NCBI GenBank assembly: GCA_964234715.1
Contig: OZ174280.1
From: Podarcis melisellensis
Taxonomy: Eukaryota
Reading direction: 5' to 3' (one strand)
Length of the DNA: 64,000 bases
Below, in pieces: positions 25,643 through 36,638 of this stretch. The number at the start of each line of letters is the position of its first letter. Positions within the stretch are counted from its first letter, which is position 1. The position numbers and the translations under genes are program-made. A model generated the notes under the pieces. That model saw only the letters and a program-made list of their open reading frames with translations. It did no database searches and had not been told where the DNA came from.

Positions 25643-25749
25643 GCGACAGGGTGAGAAAGAGAGGAGCAGCTCATCTAAAGAGGAGTCTGCAGGTGAAGAG
25701 CAGCAGCCCAACCTTACTGAAGGGCCTGAACATGGATTGAGAAGCATGG
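25643..25749 (+). CDS. NAV1: NAV1 long-isoform second coding exon (107 nt; (R)RQGEKERSSSSKEESAGEEQQPNLTEGPEHGLRSM)
   Basis: Acceptor cttcctctgcctactAG (25641-42) and donor G|GTAAGC (25749/25750). Phase 2 in and phase 1 out exactly bridge the 24217 donor and the 48482 acceptor with no stop. Not in the supplied ORF track. Confidence 0.8.
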
Positions 25750-26846
25750 GTAAGCAGAAAAACTGGAGAGATCCCTTCCTTATGAGGAAGGAAAGGCAGC
25801 CAGTGGATCAGAGTGCATGACATACGGTTGGCTGCAGAGGGAGGTGGGTCTGTTTTTATGTATCAGGTTGTAGGTGTTGGCAGCCACCTATGTAGACCTT
25901 GTTGAACAACCACATATCATATCAGTTGATCTGCAGGGTGGGGAATAAACACAATGGAAATCCCATGCTTTCTAGACTTAAATCCAAGGTTTTGGATTTG
26001 GGGGGAAACCACCAAAAGTTTTGGTCTCTTTCTCTTTGCTTATCTTGAGAAGAGTATTCATCATGTCCTCTGAATGAGCAAACCATTCTTCTTTAAGGGA
26101 AGAATTCAACACAGTGTTAAGGAGATGGTTCCATCAGCACAAGCAATTCTTCCCCCTTCCAAGGCTTCCACACAAGACTGCAGTCTCCCCACAGCTGCTT
26201 TTTAAAATTTTGACTTGTGAATGTCAACTGCATGGCATCTGTAGTTTCACCTTAAGATGGATGACTCAGGGCAGATGATAAGGATTATGGAGGACACAGC
26301 ACTGGTATTATGTAAATATATGGTCCAGTTTAAAATGTCTATCGAGTGAGTTTGAGATGCCTGTAAACCTAAAGAATCCCCCACCCAACATTGGGATGGT
26401 GATGTCTGTGGGGAAAAGTTACTATGATCACAATGTAAAACCACAAACATCTCAAATGCAATGGGTAGACCAATTCATTCATATACTTAGTATGAATGAG
26501 GGTAACCCTATGTCTGCATTCAGACTGGTATATGGTTTGAATCAGGCTTTGAATACATTCTTGTCTGAGGATAATACTGCTATAGTTCACTTCAAACCAT
26601 GGGAAATACATATCTCCTCTGTGTTGACCAGGATAATGTGATGGAGATGATTATTGGTTTCTTACATATACAATCTGTTTTATGTAATGTTATTAAAGAA
26701 AGGATTGCTTAATTTTATCCTAATTTGGTAGGCAGTTAGAGGTCGTTCTTATGTAAATGGACAATATGGTTCTTCTCTCACATCCTCCTAAATGTTCTCA
26801 TCGGTTGCTGTCCCATCTTGGGGCATCCCATTTAATGCAGGGAGTG

Positions 26847-26945
26847 GGCATCTGTGACTCTCTAGATGTTGCTGGACTCCAACTCCCAACAGTCCCAGCT
26901 AGTATGGCCAATGGTCAGGGATGGTGGTCCAGTCATAAAACTTCC
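26847..26945. mobile_element. Palindromic MITE, truncated
   Basis: gatgttgctggactccaactccca...atggccaatggtcaggggatgg. Confidence 0.65.
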
Positions 26946-29900
26946 TGATTTAGAGAGCGATGTAACAATCAGCTGCGACAAAAACCCTGTGCTGGTAATT
27001 AATAGAACCTTTTCCTCAAAGCACAAACGGGGACAATGAATGGACACTACTGCGAGGTTGTGGGGTTTAATTATGACTACAACCCTAAACAGATGTGGTG
27101 GGCAAGTTCCGCGGAACACAACGGGATTTACGTCTAAATAAACATGTATAGCTTTGTACTGTAGGGAGTACTTTCATTGTCCTGTTAAGTGAAGGCTTAC
27201 ATATTAAAGATATAATATAATATAATATAATATTACATGGGTCAATGTAAGGTGTTTTCAAGTTTGCTATAACATTTGGAGGGAACAGGAAGCACCCGGC
27301 CTATAGGATATCCAGCATCAAAGTTATGACACAGCTTAATATGGAGCTGAAATATTGCGTAATATTTAACAGCAGCACCTGTGAAAGTCAGATGCAGCGA
27401 TGATGATGCAGTGGTGGTGAAAGTCACATATATCAATCTCAGTTAAAGCGAAGACCACTCTAGCAGCATTAAAATATTAGTGTAAGGTTTGTGGTTCATC
27501 ATTATCATGATTGCCATTTGAGAAGCGAAATATATTGGTGAAAGTCATTGCCTGCGATTGAATAATATTAAGTGCTTCCAGGAATAGCCTCAAGTTCTAG
27601 TCTTGCATTGTTAAGCGGAGAAGCAATGTATTAAGGAGCTGAGGATGTGGATCAGTGAAAGGATTTAATTTTAAGAAAAGCATTCCCCTAAATTCATTCT
27701 CTCCTTAGAATTGGGCTCAATTATTACTAAGCGGCTCTTTCAAACTCACAGTTCAGTATTTTTGTCGATAAAATATTCCAGGACACCATACTGTTGTCAA
27801 TCACACCAGTGTAAGGTTGGATCTTCCTCCTCATTTTCATTTTATAGATGACAGCCAGGGCTGGCCCATACCATTTTGCCAACCAAGTACTGGCAAAAGC
27901 AACTATATACCTTACCTGGAAGTGAGGTCTGTTGAACTTAGTGGTTCTTAACTCTGAGTAGACAGACATAGGATTGTGCTGTAAATATCCTGGAGTTATA
28001 GTGACATGTTAGATTGGTTGATGAAGGATTATTTATATCAATTTTGATCCTTATAGCTGAATGAAACAGCAGTTACAGTGAAGGCTCCATCAAAAATTCC
28101 TTTTTATGTTGACAAAGAATGCTTTGTATCTCAAGACTGATAGCAAGATACAGAGCAAAAGAGGATGAAGAACCAAAGTTACAGAGAACATGAATTTGCA
28201 GTGTAGCAGGATAATCAATGTCCATTTTTCTAGTTTACTCCCCAAATGTTTTGCAAAATTTTGGTGTGCAGTGAACTCCAGTCTCTTCCATCTACCTGTT
28301 CAGTTATTTTAGATCTTGATAGACAACTGAGTTGACATCCCTTCTGCAAGGGAAATTCTAGGTGGTTTCTGTGCAATAAATGTGCATTTTGTTGTGCTAT
28401 GCCCAGACACCTTTGCTCAAGAAAAACTTTTACTGTTGCAAGATATTGTTTTGGTATTCCACATATTCCATACCCCGCAAGTATTCCGGAAGAAAGGGAC
28501 ACATGGTTTTCTGGCACAAGAGTATGGTAGCCATTTTGAGGGCTGAGATCTTGCACGATTTTGCATTGAGATCTCACCCCAAAAGTGTCCCCCCCTGAAA
28601 AAACACAGAGATCTTGCACAGTGCCCCATATGCATGATTTTGGGTGCTGTGATCTCACACGGGTCACATGACTCATGTGAAAGCACAGACAGGAAGTTGC
28701 GTGTCCTGGTTTTTGAGACTCAGTATGTTGGAGCGTATGATATATGTTCTTGGAGGCAACACTCATCTTGCTCCCCACCCCTTTAAAGTAGCAAACACTG
28801 CACATGCTGTGCTTGTCCTCTATAAGATCCTTTAAAATTTTTGTTTTCTTTTTTAACGGGATAGAGTTTCATGGGATAGGTCTGAGCCAGGGCATTTCAC
28901 ATTTTCAAATGTTAACCAACAGCCTAAATCTTTGGTGTGGATATCTTTCGTGGTGGTGGTGGGGAACCGGCACGGATGTCAGTGGCCAGGCAAAATTGAG
29001 TGACTGCTTTTCCTAGGATTTGGGAGGCTGATTGCTGGGATCTGCCTCCTTCTGCATTTGCATGAAAACTTCTTGTGAGCCCAGTTCAGCAGCTCCAGAG
29101 GGGGGTCATTATAGCAAGTGGCGTTACTGGGCTGCAATGGAATTAGTCCCACTAGGGCGCAAGATGCAAATCCCCCTTGGGGCCTCTCAGGAAAAGAATG
29201 GGCAGCACGTGTGCTGTTAACAGGATTATGGGTCCATTCAGGAGCTTTGCAGGAAAGGACTCCCTAGAGGGAAGAAATGGAAAGAGAGAAGTTGATTCAG
29301 CCAGATATGATCAGTACTTGAATTATGAGGGGTTCGTAACAAAACCCCAACCTCTCATTTCTCCCCATGTTTCCAAATATCAGAGAGGCTGTCTCCCTCC
29401 CTACAGAGCCTCTTGGGTGCTAAAATTGGCAGTGGGGGCCCTTTTGGAGGCTCTGTCACCCTCAAAAGCTCAGGGTGGTGGCAGGGGTGGTCCAGGAGAG
29501 GGCATTCTCTGGAGCAGCCCCCCAAGTTATGAAACTGCTTACTTATTTGTGCGCCTCCTCCACAAGAGGTCTGGAGAGTGGCAACATGAGAACAGACTTT
29601 TTCTGCAGTGGTTCCCCATTTGTGGAATGCTCTCCCCCAGGGAGGTTTGGCTGGTGCCTTCATTATATACCTTTAGACTTGGAAAGGGATCCTTAGCTAT
29701 AAGTCATAGTTGAGGGTTCCATTCCCTTGGGAGATAATCAGTCAGGGGCTGCATGTTGGCAATAAGCAGGGTGGTGAATGGGGGCCTCTCCTTCTCTCTC
29801 TTTATGCAACCCCCACTTCTTCTTTCTCTCTCTTTCTGACCCCTCTACTCCTTCTTCCTCCTTACTCAGCAGGCTGCTGGGAAAGAGGCAGATTGTCCTT

Positions 29901-30299
29901 GCCAGATGCATTTCTCCTCTCCTCGTTTCATCATTTCACCCATTTTGGCTCACCCCTACCCCATCCAGCCTTACACATCTGTACAAAATTAGGCTGAAGG
30001 CCACACGAGATGCCCATCCTTGGTCAGCACACAAAACTGCCCCCATCTTGGGTTATCAGGATCTGACCCGCTGCCTTTGGAGGGTGTGGTGTCTTACAAA
30101 CTAAAGGCGCAGAGTGGTAGTGCTCATCTGCTTTGCTGGTGCCTAGCAGAGCCTTTTCTTTTCCCATGACTAGCGCCACAACAAATAGGGATACCTTGTT
30201 CTCCAGTATGAGGACGGAGGCAGATGGATTGCCAGGCACTTATCCCGTGCTGCTAGTAACCTGACTGCTTTGACAGATGGGAGCTCTGGAGTCAGTTCC

Positions 30300-30710
30300 T
30301 GAGATGGCGGGTCATGTCATGACCAATGCACTGGAGGGGCGGGAGTGCCAAATCATTATTGGAGGAGTCGGCTGGGTGGGCGGGAGGGGAGAAAGGGCCG
30401 CAACGGGCCTAATGGCATGAAATGCACTAGAGGTGAAAGAGAGGGCAGATGGTGCTTTCCACAAGTGATGCCTTATATGCATTCAGCTCAAAGGCACACT
30501 GCACAATATTCCAGGTCTCCTGTGATCTCAATGACAAGCTAGGAAGGAATGGCTGTGTGAGAGCGAGGCGGAGGGGCAGCCACACAGCTCATCATTTGCC
30601 ATTAGCAATTGCAGAAGTAGGTAGTGCGGGTGGCGTCTTGTGATCTGTCGCCTATTGTTCTCTCTCCTGCTTTTCCACACAGGCCCTCCAGGCAGGAAGA
30701 ACTGGGTAAG
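30300..30710 (+). promoter_or_regulatory. Candidate intronic alternative promoter/enhancer
   Basis: CCAAT (~30323), GGGGCGGGAG (~30336), inverted CCAAT (ATTGG ~30358), GGGCGGGAG (~30379), local CpG enrichment, SOX-like CTATTGTT (~30652) and a downstream donor G|GTAAGC at 30705/30706. Confidence 0.45.
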
Positions 30711-33700
30711 CAATCAGTTTTAAACTGTTGTTGGTTTTTATGGATAGCGTGGTTTTTATTATAGCATTGGGCTTTCTTTTTTATTTCAAGCCCCCTTGAA
30801 TATTTTATTGAAGGCAACATAAATAAATAACACAAATAACAAATAAGTAAGATCTGGAGGCAGATTAGCTGAATGTGGAAACACAGGAAAATGCATTACG
30901 TTAAGCTAGGCCTCCTCGCTCACATACTGCAGGGGGCGCCAGACTTTCTGGATGTATGGGCACACCTGAAAGCTTGAGAAACCGTTGTGTCTACATGACC
31001 AACACCGGAATGGCAGCCAGCTTTTCTACTGGCTGAAACAGAGTTGCTTCTCTCAAACCTAATTGCACTGGGGGACCAGACCCTGCAGGCACCAGAAGAG
31101 CCTTTGCAAGTATCTGTGTGCCTGTGGGTGCATGGCTGGCAGCCTCTGCAGTATTGTCCACACTGATGGGCAGTGCTGAGGGCAAGGTAAGCAATCGTCA
31201 CCATCCACCTTAGGCTGGGGCAGAGGGAGGTCTCCTAGGGAACCCCCCAGGCACCACATGCCAGCAGTAGAGATGGCCAGAGGCAACAGTGGGCAGAGCA
31301 ATGGATGTGGCTCTGACCTTTGTATGGTAAGCAACATTCCAGCCATGCACAAGCCGGAGGATTCGACTCTACCACCACCCCATTTCTTCTCCATGCAGAG
31401 AAATGAGAGGCATGATCACAGTTCGAAGACACATTGCAGCCAGAGGCTTTCCAAAAACGCGCAGTGATGGACATGGCCAGGGAAGAGACCCAAGGGCTGA
31501 TAGAGAGGCCTGGAGGGCTGCTTGCCTTGTGTTCCATAATCTACCCATTCCTTAGGCCTCTTGAGCATTGTTTCCCATGGACTGAGAGTGCACCTTAGAA
31601 TACAAAGAAATTCCGGAAAGCTTATCAGTTAGTACTGATGTTCTCTTTGCTGAAGCCCTGATAAGCTTCCATGAAGTAGCTTGCAAATTGCCACTCTGTG
31701 TAAAATTCGGGCAATGTACACATCGGTGGCTTAAAATGTAGCAAGGTTGTTTCCTCCTGCTGTGTTTCAAGTCACATTTTTACTGGTTGCTGTACACGCC
31801 AAAGAGGGATCAAGGGTGCCTTCACCAGATGTGCATTACCTGTTTTGTTTCTCTGTACCTGCCACCTCCCCCCCCAACTCATAGTCCTAGAAAGTGTCAT
31901 CTGTGCATGTGCAACGGCTGTCTCAAATGCACGCACCTCAGCTTAACCGTGGCTTATGTTTTCAAATCAGATGGAAGCTGGTTTGAGGGAAGGTGCATCA
32001 AGCAAAATTGTTTTTCAAGAAACTACAGAAAACGTATGGATTGTGGCTGACATCATGAATACTCAGCTTCAGAGCACCAGCTGCAGTGTCCGAGTAAACG
32101 GCAATGTGTACACAGCCACAAGCTTCATTAATGTTAAGGTGATGCTGCTAGGCATGGACTCTGCATTTTTGGGGGGTAATGTTTCCTCCTCAAGGGCAGT
32201 TTAGACACTGTCTTTACTCTAAGGGAACGAGAGACCATGGTGGAGAAACCCACATGCTTCCCAGCTGCAATGTAATCTCACCCAGGAGCTCACCAGAGCT
32301 GTGTGGGGCTTGTCTCTGCTTTCCCACTCTCATTAAGACATCCGATCCCTGTGAGTCCAGGGCCAGCCGGGACCAGCTGTCCTGGACCCTGACCTGCCTG
32401 GGAGAATAGAAAGCAGGGGGTCACTGCCACATTTCTACTGCGGCTCTTCCGCAAGTTCCTGCTGTTTAATTTACTGTGGCTGGAAACTGTAGTGCTTGGC
32501 TATGAAATAGCCTGTGTGCTTGGCCCTGTGGGTGAAACATTATCTGGCGTGACCAGGCCAGAAGGATGGGTGAGTGCAGATCTGGCATGGGAACTGGTTC
32601 CCACTCATCGGAGCTGCAGCTGCATGGTGGGGGATGGGAGAGAGGGGGTGCAGGATCTGTACTCCCCTGCACATCTATGGTTGGGTAGGGCTGAATTGAA
32701 TTGGTGAGGACTGTCACAGTTGCCTCCTGGTCCAGTGGACAAATAGCCCTATGGCTCTCCAGAAGCAGCAATACAGTCTAGTTTCCAAGTGGATAGAGCT
32801 TTCTCTCCTGTGTGCATCGTATGACATGAAACTCCCTCCCAGCCTTTGCGACGGGGATGTGACCCAAACTGACATTATTGCAACTGTGTTCAACAAAGGC
32901 ACTTGAAGCAGCGAGTTTTCAGACATGCTGCCAGCTCTTCTCCAAAGAGTTTCGCTTTCATCACAAGACCACACCATGGCGAGGAACAAAGGAAATACCA
33001 GATAAATAGGACTGCCACCTCTCCCAAGGCCAAAAACAAAACAATAGCCTTTGCGTATTTCCCCATATAAAATAACTCACATATCCATGTTTAGAATTCC
33101 ATGACACTAGGATTCTATGGCACCTTAAAAACAATCAGGTTTAAAGTGTCATAAGCTTTTGTGGGCAAGGTGAGAGGTAGCTCTGACATTTCTGTGCTGA
33201 GTCCAAATATATGGAAGTTAAAAACATGGCACGATAAATCAACCGTGAGGGGAATTTGAAGAACAGCCTGCTGTTTAAAATCAGAATGAGGGCACTGTTA
33301 CCCACATTAGAATGTGGGGAGAGAAAACAAAACAAGAACCCACATGTCCAAAGTAATTCTGTGTACTGATCTGAATAGTCTCATATAATTAATTACCGTA
33401 TATGTTGCAGGGCAAAGGGGTCATGGTATACTCCCATACTGCGTGGCAAGTGCTTCCCCCCTATGGGGATGGATTCATCTTTTGCACAGAAATAAAAAGA
33501 AACCACACCTAGAAACTAGTGCTGCTCTGTGCTGATCTGAGTTGACTTATCCATGTAGAATTGGCCTTTCTGGTTTTAAAGCCCTGTTATACATTATGTG
33601 GTGGCACATACAGAATGGTAATTCCATGTGGAATGGCAACTGTTTTCCCCCAGCTGATTGTCAGCTTCCTTCCAACTCCTTTTGGCCAGAACAAACACCG

Positions 33701-35146
33701 TTATTCCTGTAAACAGAATTTTCTTGGCATATAATCCCCACCTTTGTGAGGATGTTTCTCATGAATCATTGCCCAAGCCGAGGAGAAGAGAATGGACAGT
33801 ATATGGGACAAATTGATTCTGCTGCTCTCTTGAGAGAAGGCCAAGCCCTTTGCCCAGTTTGCATCCCATCAGGAGGCTGGAGCTGAAATGAACCCTCCGT
33901 TACACATGGCAAGAGGAATACAGCAGCATTGTTCCATATCTCTAATTGTTTAATTGCTCCATTATCCTTGCTCAGCGACTGTGCATTGTGTGCAACCCTT
34001 CTTTCCACAGTCTTTTTTTCCCCTCTAGTTTTCCTAATTCTGACATGCAGGGAGAATCTATTCCAAAGGACACTTAGAAATGAGGCAGTAGGATGCATTA
34101 AAAATAAAATCAAAATGCAGCAGTTGAGCTCCATGGTAGATGCACTCTGACATCTAGTAATGTTATATCCACAGGGGAGTTATTTGGCAAAGATAATTAG
34201 GAAATAAAGCCTCTGCACTTAATAGAAGCTGCTGTGTGCTGTATGCTGTCTGCCGAAGTGTTTTACCCACAGCCCCCATCAGGCCAATGGTTGAATCCGT
34301 GGTTTACAAAGTCATTTTTCAACGAACCATTCAGAGACATTTCTTGCAGATCAGTTGTATTTTGTAGGCTGTATGCAGCTTACTGCAGCCACTGATACAC
34401 TGGGAGGTTTTGCGGAGAGAGGAGGGACGAGGGAAAATTAAGTTACATTATTCCTTATAGGAATGATGTGGAGGGAGGGGATAAATTTCCCAGAGCAAAT
34501 TGATTTTGTAAATTCATCAGACCTCTCAGTTCGTCTTCTTTTTTAAAATTGAATGATACTGGGGTGGCTGTTGCCAAGGTAGCAAAGGAGCTGGCTCTGA
34601 AGAAGAGAATGGTGGGATGCTCTAGGGATGTGCAAAGAATATAAAAACAGTGAGAGAGAAAGGGGAGAGGTTAGTTTATGGATCATTTTCAGCTTTCCAA
34701 GATTTCCTGTAAATTGCTCCCTTCTGTTCCCCTGCTTGTTAGGATTTGAGATATACTGCTGATTGCTGCATTTCTGCAGGTAAGCAAGTGAACATAAGTA
34801 AAACCCAAACCTGGTTTGATTTCGGGGAGTACGTCTATACCACAGACTCCACAGTGTATATTGAGGTAGAGGTGGAACAAGAAGCCTTTATTGAAGCAAA
34901 CTAGAGTGTTGCACTCTGTTAAAATTCCTACTGATAACTAGGGAGAAAATAGCTAGTTTAGACTTGTGAATTATGAGAATTTCCAACATACCGTGCACAA
35001 AGTGATCCACTGTACAAACTTTGGGATTCCCTTATTAATTTGCAGCACTTATAAGGGAAGTGAGAAATGGCTTTATGGTTTCTCTGTATGGATTTCTCTG
35101 TGCACGATTTTTGGGTGTCTTTCAAAAAATCCTGCAAAACATGTTT

Positions 35147-35172
35147 TTTTTTTTTTAAATAAATTTTTATTG
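35147..35172 (-). mobile_element. Extremely 5'-truncated poly(A) retro-insertion with 19-bp TSD
   Basis: aatcctgcaaaacatgttt is duplicated at 35128-35146 and 35173-35191. The insert reads CAATAAAAATTTATTT-A10 on the minus strand. Confidence 0.75.
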
Positions 35173-35596
35173 AATCCTGCAAAACATGTTTGACCACAGT
35201 GGAACAAAAGAACAGTGCACACAATAGAAGCCTCTCTCAAACTACTTTGCTCTCTTTTAAAAACTATTGTCTTTCTCCTGCCTTATCTGGCAGAAGGCTA
35301 GATTCTAGATGCTACTTGAGATGTGGATTTTTTCCCCCCTCGAGGAAGTGAAATTTATAATGTCGTTAAAGATGATTAGATCTCCTTGGTTCAAGTAGCC
35401 AAGCTGTAGGTTTTTATATCCTGTTCCTGAATAAAAAATGGGAGCTCTGGACATTCCAAACCCTTCAGGGCTTCTAAAGTGTCACAAATCTTTTTAAAAG
35501 ATGGATCCAGCATACTGGAATGCCCAGTCATATAGCTGGGACAGTGTGGACCACTCTTATCAAATTTGAAGGTAAAAGGAGTGTATTTGTAGTAAG

Positions 35597-35885
35597 TAGG
35601 GATGGAAGAGAAATTTGATTCAGTATGTACTTAAAGCCATGGATTGCACTTTCAGAGAATAAATAAATAGACAAGTATGCAGTATATTGGGGGACTGCAA
35701 AAATGTGTACACTAGTAAAAAAAAACCCAGCATATAAAAAAGAGGTTATAAGAAGAAATTCACACTAAAATGCTGATTAATTTTCATTAAGCTTTTTTTT
35801 TAATGGCAAATTGTTGAAAAACGTGGAGAACTGAATTTAAGTTTGGAAAAATGAGAAACAGAGAACCAAAACTGACAGATCCTTA
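35597..35885. mobile_element. Decayed non-autonomous DNA element (TAGGGATG-type end)
   Basis: Starts tagggatggaagagaaatttgattcagt and ends ...aaaactgacagatcctt. AT-rich interior. Resembles a common squamate repeat, from recall only. Confidence 0.45.
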
Positions 35886-36399
35886 GCAGCAAGATGCTTG
35901 TCTACATATGGGCAAGCCTTCTAAGACTCTGACCAAATGCAGACTCATGCCATTGGCATTAGCAACATTTCACCCCTGCCACCTCCCACCTAGTTTCCTT
36001 GCTTCATTTACCATCTGACCTGATGAAGACTTTCAGAGAACTTGAAAGCCTGCACAATATTTTGTGACAGTTTGGTTGGCATAATACAGATTTTGGCATT
36101 TCCCCCCTAATGGGCCAGCATTGATGCCTTAATTCCCACCCCCCAATGTGAAATAGTAACTGGAACACCCTGATTAACCATGTGGGTTTGTCATAACACT
36201 GCCGCTTAGTCCTGGAGTCCTTTATCCATAAAAAGGATGTGCCCCTGGCTACTTTTGTTCCTCTTCCTTAGTCTGGCATGTCTTCTGGATTTCAATTATG
36301 CTATGCTGTGATGGAGAGCTGGTTAGCTGTCTAGGCTTTGAATAACAAAGCTGGCTTGAAATGCTTCAGTAATTGCTTTGGCCTATTCCACATTTTTTG

Positions 36400-36638
36400 G
36401 GGACAAGGGTGGTGCTGTGGTCTAAACCACTGAGCCTAGGGCTTGCTGATTGGAAGGTCGGCAGTTCGAATCCCCATGACGGCAGTTCGAAAGCGCACAT
36501 CAAAGTGCAAGTAGATAAATAGGTACCACTCCGGTGGAAAGGTAAGTGCCAGCTCCCTCAACCAGTAAAGCAAGATGAGCTCCACAACCCCAGAGTCATT
36601 CGCGACTCAACTTTTAACTGTCAGCGGTCCTTTACCTT
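36400..36638 (+). mobile_element. Older Sauria SINE with two internal deletions
   Basis: GGGACAAGGGTGGTGCTGTGG head, gtgcaagtagataaatagg core, tttaccttt tail. 12-bp TSD tattccacattt (36384-36395 / 36639-36650). Confidence 0.88.

Noticed and set aside
28230-29713. 191-aa (-) and 178-aa (+) ORFs
   Set aside because: No recognisable homology, codon bias or convincing splice context. Expected by chance in 64 kb.
31180-31340. Additional GTAAGCAA donor-like sites at 31187 and 31327
   Set aside because: No convincing partner acceptor or frame-compatible exon.
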